Counted from the stretch's first letter, positions 7,903 to 19,124 are shown. The stretch is DNA of 64,000 bases from Hadesarchaea archaeon (GCA_029259175.1 JAPDJH010000002.1:128673-192672); one strand, 5' to 3'. A program made the numbers and translations. Notes: generated by a model not told the origin, from the letters alone.

Positions 7903-9942
7903 ATGGGCTGGAGGCTGGCATCCTCGGTTGTGGTTTGTCTTCTGTTGCTAAGCTCGGTAACTTCATCCGTTGTGCTGGCGAACACGGTCGAAACACAAAT
8001 TTCTAGTTCAGATGATACCAACCTTAGTTTCCATTCCTTGGAGAACTCGCTGTCAATCCTCTCTTCAGACACGGTTGAAATCTCGGAGAACTCCCAAGTT
8101 TCGCCAACCGCGCGACCTTGGATAGACCAGCTAAATGAGTTCGAAAATGCCTTGGTGATGCTCAAGCGTGATTGTGAAAACCTAGATGAAGAACAACTCA
8201 ATCGTCTGGTCTATGAACTTCAGCTGAGTGCCGAGAACTTCGAGAGCGAGTTCTCAAGCACGCTCAGGGCCATTGGGGAGCTGGATAACACGTTGCTCGT
8301 GGTGCGCCCAGATGGGACGCGCTCGGTTGAGGCGACGGTCGGGCAGGACGAGAGGTTCCTGAGGTGGTGTGAAAACGTGTTACAATTAGTGCAAGAGTTC
8401 ACCGAGTGGACCGGCAGACTCCGGGAAAACCTTGAGAAAGTCGATACGGTTCTTGAATATCTTGGGGCGATTAGAGAGCTCATCGAAATGGCACCATCCG
8501 GAAACACCGTCGTCGTAGAAGACTTCTGGCTCGAGCGCTACGAATATGAAGTCGGGTGGGTTAGGATCGAGCCACGCGAGGCTCGCATAGGCGACTACGT
8601 GCGCGTCGGCATAAAGCTTCACAACACGGATTGGCTCGCACGCGGGCGCACGTGGCTGTGGTTCGGGGGATTTCTCGAAGGACTGGAGGGCTACGCCGAC
8701 CTGGGCGCGACCCAGACTTTAACCACATACGTGGACGAGTTCACGATTCCAAGATGGTATCGGGAGGACTACTTTGTCAGCGTTGAGGGTCGCTGGGAGT
8801 CCTGGGCGCTCATTTTCTTCGTCTGGACCAAGACTGGCGAGGGAGAGATATCGAAGCAGGAGCTTGTGATCAACAAACGTCCAAAATCATCTGTCCGACC
8901 TGTCGAACCCCAAGAACCCAGCCCTTGGGGCACCACCTTCACCTACTGGACCGACATCGACGACCCGGACGGCGAAACGGTCACGGTTACCCTTTACAAG
9001 GACGGCATCAAATACGGCGATTCAAAAACCGTCCACGGCTCTGGCTCCCCGAGCTGGACCTGGACTTCGACCGCGGACGACATCGGCGAGCACACCTACT
9101 ACTTCGAGATCACTGACGAGTACGGGGTCACCGTCTACGATCCTCCAACCGGTGTTCATTCCGGCCCCACCGTCACTAAGCGTTCCACAACCCTCACGAT
9201 AACCGTCAGCGACGACACCCCGGCCTTCGGTCAGCTCATAACCTTCACCGGGGAACTCCGCGACGAGTTCGGCGAGCCCGTTGCTGGGAAGACGATTAGG
9301 CTCTACAAGACCAAGATAAATGAAAACCCGGTGGACACGGGGCTGAGCGCCACGACGGACTCGCAGGGTCGCTACACGATTTCATTCGTCTACGAGGATA
9401 CGGAAGTTTTCGGCTACTTCGCTAGCTTCGAGGAGGACAATCTGTACTTCGGCTGCGAAAGCGGCAAAATCTGGATCGGGGACACCGAGCCCCCGCCAGC
9501 CCCCGAGGTCCAATCCGACACCCACCCCGACCCCAACGTGTGGTACGCGCGCTCCGAGGTGGTCTTCAGCTGGCCAACACCCCCGGACGACTCCGGGATC
9601 GTGGGGTACAGCTACGCCCTTGACTCGCTGCCCAACGAAACTATAGAGACGACCGGGAATTCGGTTCTCCTTCAGGATGTGCCGGACGGGGAGCATTGGT
9701 TTTATGTGAGGGCGCAGGATGGTGCCGGCAATTGGACTCCGGATGATGCCGTGGAGAGCAAGGCCTGCCGGGTGCGGATCGACACGAAGGCAGTGCAGAG
9801 CGAGTACCAGGGCTTCTTCCTGAGTGGGGTAAGCATGCCAAACAACTACTACTTCATTCCGCCATCTAATGTCACTGTCACCGGAGTGACCTTCAAGATG
9901 GGCGGTACTTCAGTCCCAGGTGAAAAAAATGAGCGGAGATAG
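7903..9942 (+). CDS. Secreted or surface protein with signal peptide, coiled N-terminal region and C-terminal prealbumin-like (Cna-B/CarbopepD_reg-like) and Fn3-like domains
   Basis: The signal peptide is MGWRLASSVVVCLLLLSSVTSSVVLA. GKTIRLYKTK...TTDSQGRYTISFVY is typical of a Cna-B/carboxypeptidase regulatory-like fold. GEHWFYVRAQDGAGNWTPDD is typical of an Fn3 C-terminal strand. GC rises sharply after about 8520. Confidence 0.65.
   Translation: MGWRLASSVVVCLLLLSSVTSSVVLANTVETQISSSDDTNLSFHSLENSLSILSSDTVEISENSQVSPTARPWIDQLNEFENALVMLKRDCENLDEEQLNRLVYELQLSAENFESEFSSTLRAIGELDNTLLVVRPDGTRSVEATVGQDERFLRWCENVLQLVQEFTEWTGRLRENLEKVDTVLEYLGAIRELIEMAPSGNTVVVEDFWLERYEYEVGWVRIEPREARIGDYVRVGIKLHNTDWLARGRTWLWFGGFLEGLEGYADLGATQTLTTYVDEFTIPRWYREDYFVSVEGRWESWALIFFVWTKTGEGEISKQELVINKRPKSSVRPVEPQEPSPWGTTFTYWTDIDDPDGETVTVTLYKDGIKYGDSKTVHGSGSPSWTWTSTADDIGEHTYYFEITDEYGVTVYDPPTGVHSGPTVTKRSTTLTITVSDDTPAFGQLITFTGELRDEFGEPVAGKTIRLYKTKINENPVDTGLSATTDSQGRYTISFVYEDTEVFGYFASFEEDNLYFGCESGKIWIGDTEPPPAPEVQSDTHPDPNVWYARSEVVFSWPTPPDDSGIVGYSYALDSLPNETIETTGNSVLLQDVPDGEHWFYVRAQDGAGNWTPDDAVESKACRVRIDTKAVQSEYQGFFLSGVSMPNNYYFIPPSNVTVTGVTFKMGGTSVPGEKNERR
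9793..9833 (+). repeat. 41-bp direct repeat, copy 2
   Basis: It is identical to 4689-4729. Confidence 0.9.
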
Positions 9943-11284
9943 ACCCCCGTGCGCTTTGACCATTGCTGGCTCTGATTCTGGCGGCGGTGCGGGAGTTCAG
10001 GCAGATCTTAAAACATTTGCAGCTTTGGGTGTCCATGGTTTGTGTGTTTTAACCTCTGTTACTGCTCAAAACACGCGCGGCGTGCTGGCTATTCATCCGT
10101 TGCCAGCTGGAGCAGTAAAGAAGCAGCTCGAAGCCGTGCTTTCCGATTTTGCTGTGCGTTTCGCGAAAACTGGGATGCTAGCCACGCCCGAGAACATTCG
10201 GGTGATAGAACGCGCTGTCACCCGACACAATTTGCAGTTGGTGGTCGATCCCGTAATGATTTCCACCACTGGTCACCGTCTGATTCAACAAGAAGCTGAA
10301 GAAGAGCTTCTCCGGCTCATTGAGCGCTCCACACTAGTTACCCCGAATGTTTTCGAAGCCCAATTTTTGTCTGGAATAAACATTCACACCGTTAAAGATT
10401 TAGAACGCGCCGCGCGCGAGATCAAACATCGTTTCGGACTTGGAGCAGTGCTAGTAAAAGGAGGCCATCTTTCAAATAGGAAGCTAGCGGTCGACGTGCT
10501 TTTGGTTGGCAGGAAAATCTACCGCTTTAGTTCACCGCGCATAGCTGGCAGATTCCACGGTGCCGGATGTGTGTACTCCGCAGCGATAACAGCGGAATTG
10601 GCAAAAGGTGCGCCCATGGATAGAGCTGTAGAACGCGCGAGAGAATTCATAATCCACGCTTTGGATTCAGCGCTCGAGATAGGAAAGGGTGGTCTCCGGA
10701 CGGTGAACCCACTGGCTCAGCTTTTCCGTCGATTAGCCCAATTGGAGGCAATCGAAGAAATCTGGACGACTGCGAATGAGCTGGTTTCGCACCCCGCGTT
10801 TGTCGATCTTATTCCCGAAGTGGGCACGAACATCGCTGTAGTGTTGCCGGGTGCCCACTCGCTTGAGGATACGGTTGGTTTATCAGGGCGCATAGTTCGA
10901 AGTGGAAGCAAAGCTGTGCTGACCGGCTTTCCACAGCTAGGTGGATCCCAACACGTTGCACGAGCAACACTTACCGCACACCACATCAACCCAGCGATCC
11001 GCGCTGGAATAAACATATGCTTTTCTGAGTCGTTTGTGAAAAAGCTCAAGCAAATGGGCCTATCGGTTTATTCATTCAATCGAAACGCGGAGCCGCCGGG
11101 AGTGAAGACCATGGAATGGGGAATCCGAACAGCACTTCCAAAAAATGTGAAGCCACCGGTGGTGGTGTACGATCGGGGAGGCAAGGGAAAGGAAGCAATG
11201 ATTCGCATTTTTGAAAGCTCTGTAACTCAACTCAAAGCCGTTTTACTCCGTTTGGCAAGCGCCGTTTATAAGCAGCAGAAGTAA
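9920..11284 (+). CDS. thiDN: Bifunctional hydroxymethylpyrimidine/phosphomethylpyrimidine kinase ThiD fused to archaeal ThiN-type thiamine-phosphate synthase domain (ThiDN)
   Basis: The N-terminus ALTIAGSDSGGGAGVQADLKTF is the ThiD signature. The C-terminal ~200 aa is typical of archaeal ThiN fusions. Confidence 0.8.
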   Translation: MKKMSGDRPPCALTIAGSDSGGGAGVQADLKTFAALGVHGLCVLTSVTAQNTRGVLAIHPLPAGAVKKQLEAVLSDFAVRFAKTGMLATPENIRVIERAVTRHNLQLVVDPVMISTTGHRLIQQEAEEELLRLIERSTLVTPNVFEAQFLSGINIHTVKDLERAAREIKHRFGLGAVLVKGGHLSNRKLAVDVLLVGRKIYRFSSPRIAGRFHGAGCVYSAAITAELAKGAPMDRAVERAREFIIHALDSALEIGKGGLRTVNPLAQLFRRLAQLEAIEEIWTTANELVSHPAFVDLIPEVGTNIAVVLPGAHSLEDTVGLSGRIVRSGSKAVLTGFPQLGGSQHVARATLTAHHINPAIRAGINICFSESFVKKLKQMGLSVYSFNRNAEPPGVKTMEWGIRTALPKNVKPPVVVYDRGGKGKEAMIRIFESSVTQLKAVLLRLASAVYKQQK

Positions 11285-11305
11285 TAATGGAAGAGAGGTG
11301 GGCAA

Positions 11306-11521
11306 ATGGGGCGCATCCGAACAGTTTTCGTCAAGCGCATCGCCAGGGAGCTCTTACAACGCTATTCGGATCGTTTTTCCTCAGATTTTGAAAATAACCG
11401 AAAACAAGTGGACGAACTTCTGCCCACTCTTTCGAAGTCAACCCGTAATCGAATCGCAGGCTATATAAGCTCCCTATGTAAACAATCACAGGTGAGCTCG
11501 AATGCCTCCGGTAGTGGATAA
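11306..11521 (+). CDS. rps17e: 30S ribosomal protein S17e (eS17)
   Basis: MGRIRTVFVKRIARELLQRYSDRFSSDFENNRKQVDEL...TRNRIAGYI matches the eS17 family. Confidence 0.8.
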   Translation: MGRIRTVFVKRIARELLQRYSDRFSSDFENNRKQVDELLPTLSKSTRNRIAGYISSLCKQSQVSSNASGSG

Positions 11522-11678
11522 GGAAAAGTGTACTGGATGTGGTTCCTGCGCTCAAGTGTGTCCGGCCAATGTTTTTGACATCGTGGACGGCAAGGCGGTT
11601 GTTGCGCGGTCTCAGGACTGCATCGAGTGCCGAGCGTGTGAAGCAGCGTGTCCTAACAACGCCATCAGCTTTCCATAA
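11502..11678 (+). CDS. Small 2x[4Fe-4S] ferredoxin (58 aa); below the 60-aa cutoff of the ORF track
   Basis: Hand translation gives MPPVVDKEKCTGCGSCAQVCPANVFDIVDGKAVVARSQDCIECRACEAACPNNAISFP*. It has two CxxCxxCxxxCP motifs and overlaps the eS17 tail by ~20 nt. Confidence 0.6.
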   Translation: MPPVVDKEKCTGCGSCAQVCPANVFDIVDGKAVVARSQDCIECRACEAACPNNAISFP

Positions 11679-11709
11679 AGGCAATAAACTCGAAATCCCA
11701 GAGTAGCTG

Positions 11710-12621
11710 TTGATGGGCTTCAAAAATAGGCTAGTGTGTCCGCTGGTTGTAGCTATCGCTATTGAGCTTTGGCTGATATGGCTGTCCTTCGGTGCTAGCA
11801 CCTTTCAAGAACAGATGGGCCTGATATTATTCTCGACTTCTTTTTTCCCGTTGGTTTTACTGATTCTTTTCATCCTTTATCCATCGGAATTCAAGGAGTT
11901 GATTGCTTCACTTCCGCTTCCTTCTCTTCCTCCCAAACCTTCGGTTCAGAGTTCTACACCTTCAGCTGAACCAACATCTCAATCAAAAGCCGCGACTCCA
12001 CGGCCGGGTTCCGTGCCTCCGGGTGCTCCAACCAAGAAGCTACCGGATCTCGCCTCGCAGATTCGCCGGAAACCCGAAATCATCAAGTTGGTTTCTGGTA
12101 GCCCAGAAAAGGACGCCTCTCTCCCAACTACGCGTTCACTTCCCACCATCGTTCCCAAGGGGCTTATCAAACCACCTGCTACTACCGGCCCGGAAAAGTT
12201 CACTACCATCGTTCCGAAACAAATTCTGGAAAAACCTCCTGCCACGCCCAAGCACAGACGATTGGACGCACCTCCGGAACGACCCATCGATCTTCAAACC
12301 CTGATTTCGAAGGCCAAAGGTATGAAGTACGATCTTGCAGGCTGGTGGCCTCTCGGATGGACCCGTGTCATACCCCGCCCCGATCTGCCGGCCCAGTTCT
12401 GGCGCATGAAGCGCGGGAAGCCCACCCATGGTTTGCTGATGGGTCAAGACCGGGAGACTGGAGAGTATGTGGCGTGGGTGGCGACGGTCCGGGATGGAGT
12501 GTTTCGCGGAATCTTCGAGGCTCTCCGGGCCAAGAGCCAGAAGGAGCTGGTGGAACGAGCAAAGGGATTAATGAAGCGAATCGACATGGAGCAAGCAGCG
12601 CTTGCAGAGGATCAATTTTGA
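11710..12621 (+). CDS. Hypothetical membrane protein: two N-terminal TM helices, Pro/Ser/Thr-rich low-complexity linker, conserved-looking C-terminal soluble domain
   Basis: It has LVCPLVVAIAIELWLIWLSF and LILFSTSFFPLVLLILFILY TM segments and a long PxxP-rich linker. No recognisable family. Confidence 0.45.
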   Translation: MMGFKNRLVCPLVVAIAIELWLIWLSFGASTFQEQMGLILFSTSFFPLVLLILFILYPSEFKELIASLPLPSLPPKPSVQSSTPSAEPTSQSKAATPRPGSVPPGAPTKKLPDLASQIRRKPEIIKLVSGSPEKDASLPTTRSLPTIVPKGLIKPPATTGPEKFTTIVPKQILEKPPATPKHRRLDAPPERPIDLQTLISKAKGMKYDLAGWWPLGWTRVIPRPDLPAQFWRMKRGKPTHGLLMGQDRETGEYVAWVATVRDGVFRGIFEALRAKSQKELVERAKGLMKRIDMEQAALAEDQF

Positions 12622-12624
12622 TGA

Positions 12625-12645
12625 GTTAAAAAAATGAAAAATCCC
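12625..12645 (-). terminator. Oligo-T transcription terminator immediately after the 23S rRNA 3' end
   Basis: The minus strand reads GGGATTTTTCATTTTTTTAAC. T-runs are the archaeal termination signal. Confidence 0.45.
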
Positions 12646-13623
12646 GCCGTGCAAAGTGGTGCCCCGGCACCGACGCGAAGGAGAACTTTCGAGCGATTAG
12701 TACCGGTGGGCTGAACGCCTCGCCGAAGCTCGGCGCTTACACCCCCGGCCTATCAACGGGGTCTTCTGGCCCCAGCTCGCGCCCCGACCACCCTTTCGGG
12801 CGATCGGAGCAGGGCGCCTAGTCTAGGGGGCTGCTTCGGCCTTAGATGCTTTCAGGCCTTATCAGCTGGCGCGTGGCTACCCGGCCTGCCCTGTCGGACA
12901 GCCGGTACACCAGAGGCGCCGGCCTCCTGTTCCTCTCGTACTAGGGAGACCTTCCCCGCAGGCGCCCTACGCCCCCGGAAGATAGCATCCGACCTGTCTC
13001 GCGACGGTCTAAACCCATCTCACGTTCCCCTTTAACGGGCGAACAACCCTACCCTTGGCCGCTGCTACACGGCCAGGATGGGAAGAGACGACATCGAGGT
13101 AGCAAACCGCGGGGTCGATGGGGACTCTCGCCCGCGACCACTCTGTTATCCCCGGGGTACCTTTTCTGTCATCCGAGGCCCTCACCAATAGGGCACTCGG
13201 GTTCGCTAGGCCCGGCTTTCGCCCCTGCGAGCCTTGGTAGTGAGCTCGCAGTCAGGCCGGCTTATGGCCTTGCCCTCTACGGCGGATTTCTGACCCGCCT
13301 GAGCCGACCTTTGGGCTCCCTTGTTACCTTTTCGAGGGACTGCCGCCCCAGCGAAACTGCCCACCTGCCGCTGTCCCCACTCCCGAGGAGCGGGTTAGAA
13401 ACACAGCACCGGATGGGCGGTGTTACATTGGCGCCTCCACCGGACCCGGAGGCCCGGCTTCGACGGCTCCCGCCTACGCTCTGCACCCGAGGCCGTGTTC
13501 CAACGACAGGCTGCAGTGAAGGTCCACGGGGTCTTCGCTTCCCTCCGGGGGTCCCCGGCATGTTCTGCCGGCCAGTGGGTTCACCGGGTTCCGGGCTGGG
13601 ACAGTGGGGGGCTCGTTGATCCC

Positions 13624-13655
<32 letters not shown>

Positions 13656-13660
13656 TTACG

Positions 13661-14362
13661 CTACCTTAAGCGCCCTTCTCTCGCGCGAGAAGGGTGGACC
13701 GTATCATCGTCCTCTCTCGAGGACGCCCGGCGTACGGTCTCTGAGGATCCTCCCTCAACGAGCCTTCGGAGTTTTTCCTTCTTCTCCGGATGGCGGAAAC
13801 CCACTACTTCTTGAAATCGTCGCACTCGCTGGAATCCTTTGACCACGAGCGACCACTGTGGGTGCTTTCCCCACCCGCGCGCTTTTTTCACCCGTATCGA
13901 ACTCTCGATTCCAGCCGTTCTCAGGATTCGCTGAACCTCTGTGATAACGGGCTTTGCTATCATGTCTATACCGACATAAGGATATGTGTACACCCGCGCG
14001 CCGTGAGTCTGGATGTCGATTCCGCAGTAGCCCTCCGTGTCGAAGAGTCCTCGCACGATTTCGAGTTCCGATTGCTGGTTTCCCAGAAATGCTTTTGGTA
14101 TCTTGGCGGTTGTCAGCTTCCGGCCCTTTGGATAGCCGAGCTTGCGTAGCAATCGGTGAATTTCGCGCTGGTTGGAGGTCACCGCCCAGCAATTGGGTGC
14201 CACTCGGCGCAGGTTTGGTTTTATTCCAAAGATTTGCTCCACCAGTTTTCCACACCGTTCCACGAACTCCCGGTTTCGATCTCTGCAGAACACGGTGTAG
14301 GAGTTCCCGTACACGCCGCCGTCACCGAGCATCACTCCGATCAGATAGGCCAGCGATCCCAT
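13661..14362 (-). CDS. LAGLIDADG homing endonuclease (double-motif, monomeric type)
   Basis: Two LAGLIDADG-like motifs were found, LAYLIGVMLGDGGV and VRGLFDTEGYCG. The ORF runs 3 codons into the downstream exon. Confidence 0.85.
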   Translation of the reverse strand: MGSLAYLIGVMLGDGGVYGNSYTVFCRDRNREFVERCGKLVEQIFGIKPNLRRVAPNCWAVTSNQREIHRLLRKLGYPKGRKLTTAKIPKAFLGNQQSELEIVRGLFDTEGYCGIDIQTHGARVYTYPYVGIDMIAKPVITEVQRILRTAGIESSIRVKKARGWGKHPQWSLVVKGFQRVRRFQEVVGFRHPEKKEKLRRLVEGGSSETVRRASSREDDDTVHPSRAREGRLR

Positions 14363-14531
14363 TGTCTCTCTTTAAGAGGGACTTTGTTACTATTTATGGA
14401 TTTCTCTGGCTCTCGGGAGTTTCCTGCGGGTCGACCTCATCGAGAACGGACCTTGTTACCTCCAACACGGAGGTAGTCCGTTCCCTATACGTCTTCCCCG
14501 CATACAGCCGGGTTTAACGACCCCCTTCGTC
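13670..14531 (-). mobile_element. 23S rRNA intron (archaeal BHB-spliced type) carrying a homing-endonuclease ORF. It is inserted between ...GGGGTAACTCTGACCCTC and TTAAGGTAGCG..., E. coli ~1927 region
   Basis: The exon junction sequences were identified at 14532-14549 and 13659-13669. The intervening ~860 nt contains the LAGLIDADG ORF plus a ~170-nt 5' leader. Confidence 0.65.
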
Positions 14532-16686
14532 GAGGGTCAGAGTTACCCCCGCCCCTTGGCGGCGCTTCGGCCGGCTGAACCCGGCTTTCACGTACCGCCG
14601 GTGGGCAGGATTCAGCTCCCGTACTCACCCTTTCGGGCTCGCGGGAACCTACGTTTTTATTAAACAGTCGGCCCCCCCTTGTCACTGCGACCTGCCTCTC
14701 GCGAGGCAGGCACCCCTTCTACCGAGGCTACGGGGCCAACTTGCCGAGTTCCCTAGCCCGGTGTATCCCGACACGCCTTAGGCTTCTCACCCAGGGGCAC
14801 CTGTGTCGGTTCTAGGTACGGTCACCTGGGATCCCATTTCCCAGCTCCCTTTTCACGGGCCCTAGGGCTCAGCCGAACCCGCCTTTCGGCAGGCCATTCC
14901 CGCCTTCGTCCGGTTCTCTCCGTTACGGAACTCCCCGGACTTGAGCGGTTAGATGGGGCGACGACCCCACTCGGCCTACCCCGAGGCGTCGGGAGCTAGG
15001 CCTTGCGTTGCCGCAGGTACCCAGGTGGCTCCGGAATATTAACCGGATTCCCTTTTGGGTGCCTCTGGTTGAGGGCACCCTTAGGACCGGCTAACCCTAG
15101 GCTGACGACCATTGCCTAGGAACCCGGGCCCCTTCGGCGGCCGGGATTCTCACCCGGCTCTGCTGTTACTACCGCCAGGATTTTCATTCCGACGCGGTCC
15201 ACCAGACCTCACGGCCTGGCTTCTCCCCACGCCGGACGCCCCCCTACCGGATCGGCCTACTATACTTCGGCCGCCCCGGGGTCTCGGTGGCCGGCTTAGC
15301 CCCGAGTATCTTCGGGGCCCCCTCCCTCGGCGGGTCCGCTGTTACGCGTTGTTTAAAGGATGGCTGCTTCTAAGCCTACCTCCCCGCTGTCTGAGGGAGA
15401 GGACGCCCTTTCCGGTAACACTTAGCCGGCACTTGGGGACCTTAACCCCGGTCTGGGTTTTTCCCCTCTCGGAGCGGGAGCTTACCCCCCGCATCCCGTC
15501 TCCGGCGGTCTACGGTGCTGGCGGCTTCGGAGTTCGACAGGCGAGGCGAGGGTTTCCCCCCGTCACTCGCCAATCGGTGCTCTACACCGCCAGCGACCTC
15601 GCGCCGGGCCTGACTGCGGCCAGCTTCGGGGGGAACCAGCTATCACCGGGCTTGATGGGTCTTTCGCCACTAGCCCGGGGTCATCCGACCGGATTGTACA
15701 CCAAGACCGGTTCGGCCCTCCACCGAGCGTACGCTCGGCTTCGGCCTACCCCGGACTAGATCGCCCGGTTTCGGGTCGCCATGCCGTGACTCCGGGCGCT
15801 CTTCACACCCGGCCCCTCGCCCTTTCGGGCTGCGGGCATCTCGCTTTCGCTCCGGCTCCGGGGATCCAACCCCCTTAGCCTCGCCACGGCAAGGCACTCC
15901 CTGGCCCGTGATTCCAGACGGACGGCACGACCCCGATTGGCCTCCCTCGTACTACCGCCTCGCGGCGGGTTCCTTCGGGAGGTCTCATCTCTTTCGAGCC
16001 GTGCCCAACTGTCCCCACCTGGTTTCAGGCTCTTTTCACCCCCCTTCCGGGGTGCTTTTCAGCTTTCCCTCGCGGTACTGTGTTCGCTATCGGTCTCGGG
16101 ACGTATTTAGGGTTGGAAGTTGATGCCTCCCAGCTTCGGACGGCATTTCTAAGCCGCCCTACTCAGGATACCTCTCCTCGTAGCCTGCCCAGTTACGCCT
16201 ACGGGGCTTTCACCCTCTACGGCGCGGCGTTCCAGCCGACTTCGGCTTCCCGGGCGAGGCATTGGGAGAGGTCCTACAACCCCACATCCGCACTCGGTTT
16301 CCCGAGCGCGTTCGGTTTGCCCTGTGCCCCTTTCACTCGCCGTTACTCAGGGCATCGCGATTGCTTTCTTTTCCTCCCGGTACTCCGATGTTTCGTTTCC
16401 CGGGGTTCCCGCTCGCTGCCGCGAGCGCCGGGGTATTGCCCCGGCAGGAGGTCCCATTCGGCGATCCCGGGATCAAAGGCTGCATGCGCCTACCCCGGGC
16501 GTTTCGCCGCTTGCCGCGACCTTCCTCGGCGCCCGAGCCGAGCCATCCCCCAGGTGGGTTCCGGTGTTCTCCCACGAGCCGGCACCGGGAACACTGCCTT
16601 TGCACGGCGGTCATTTCGCAAATGAGCGCGATCCGCCTTCAGTACACGAGCTTTCGGGCTCGCGCACCTCATCCCAAGTGGATATG

Positions 16687-16759
16687 TGGACCCGGCGGGA
16701 CTCGAACCCGCGACCTCCGGCTTGCAAAGCCGGCGCTCTACCAGCTGAGCTACAGGCCC
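16687..16759 (-). tRNA. tRNA-Ala (anticodon TGC) in the 16S-23S spacer
   Basis: The minus strand reads GGGCCTGTAGCTCAGCTGGTAGAGCGCCGGCTTTGCAAGCCGGAGGTCGCGGGTTCGAGTCCCGCCGGGTCCA. G3:U70 pair is present. CCA is not encoded. Confidence 0.9.
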
Positions 16760-16793
16760 TTCGAGGGTCCGGTGCTCCAAGGAAAGGAAACTC

Positions 16794-18289
<1,496 letters not shown>

Positions 18290-18507
18290 GGAAGACGACC
18301 GCAGCTTGCGTGGCGGGGTTTTTATAACCTTGGAGCACCGGACCTATCTCGGACCCGAGCTCTCCAGGAGCCCTGGTTTGTTCGGGCCCACATATCTGGG
18401 TCCACACCAAGAGAGCAGTCTCTCATCGCTGGACAGTTTTTGTCCAAAGCTCGGACCGACGCCCTCACCGCGCGGTGTGGACTGTATATCTTTTTGTTGG
18501 ATGAGGG

Positions 18508-18515
18508 ATTTAAAA
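18508..18515 (-). promoter_or_regulatory. Candidate rRNA operon promoter (BRE/TATA: gagtaagTTTTAAATccc on minus strand), ~200 nt upstream of mature 16S 5' end
   Basis: A TTTTAAAT box is preceded by a purine-rich BRE-like stretch, and it lies outside the processing stem. A closer TTATAAAAA at 18319-18327 lies between the stem half and the 16S 5' end, so it is unlikely to be the promoter. Confidence 0.35.
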
Positions 18516-18585
18516 CTTACTCTTGGTCTTCTCATAACATGGTTATACTATGCTGAGTGTTTTAAGGCACGACTTCTAAAGGAGA

Positions 18586-18915
18586 GTGATGTCGAATCGC
18601 TATGTGTTTCTCTATGTCACGGCCGGAGGTGCAAGAGAGGCGCAGCGAATAGGCGAGCGGCTGGTTCAGGAGCGCCTAGCCGCTTGTGTCAACATCTTTC
18701 CGGTTCGCTCGGTTTACCGGTGGAAGAGGAAGATTGAGCGAGCCAGAGAGGTCGTGATGATAGTCAAGACCCGGAGATCTTTGGTAGAGCGGGTGAAGCG
18801 GAGAATTCTCGAACTCCATTCTTACGAGCTCCCGTGCATTGGGGTGTTCAATATAGATGCTGGGCTTAAAGAGTTTCTGAGGTGGATCGATGAGTCTACC
18901 GGAACGCGTCACTAG
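18586..18915 (+). CDS. cutA: Divalent-cation tolerance protein CutA
   Basis: YVFLYVTAGGAREAQRIGERLVQERLAACVNIFP...SYELPCI matches the CutA1 family. Confidence 0.75.
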   Translation: MMSNRYVFLYVTAGGAREAQRIGERLVQERLAACVNIFPVRSVYRWKRKIERAREVVMIVKTRRSLVERVKRRILELHSYELPCIGVFNIDAGLKEFLRWIDESTGTRH

Positions 18916-19120
18916 GGAAACTAAGCTTGCTGAGGTCATGGAGATTCCGGGCGCTATGGAAGTGCTATCCAAGCATCGCCTTCCCTGTCTTTTCTGTCCA
19001 ATGGCCAGTCTCGAGATGTCCGAGCTGGAGATCGGTCGGGTTGCGGAGATGTACGGCATAGACGCCGATGCTCTGCTGCAGGAACTAAATGAAAAGCTTG
19101 CGGAAGCCAAGGGGGAATGA
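18890..19120 (+). CDS. DUF1858-type small redox/disulfide domain protein
   Basis: The signature is KLAEVMEIPGAMEVLSKHRLPCLFCPMA. Confidence 0.55.
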   Translation: MSLPERVTRETKLAEVMEIPGAMEVLSKHRLPCLFCPMASLEMSELEIGRVAEMYGIDADALLQELNEKLAEAKGE

Positions 19121-19124
19121 GGGA

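Noticed and set aside
6522-8201. 559-aa version of the PQQ-propeller ORF
   Set aside because: The N-terminal 120 aa run antisense through the promoter and start of the divergent gene and lack propeller features. The signal peptide begins at MKHRITL (7841).
18319-18327. TTATAAAAA just upstream of 16S as the rRNA promoter
   Set aside because: It lies between the 5' half of the 16S processing helix (18328-18341) and the mature 16S end. A transcript started there would lack the helix needed for processing.
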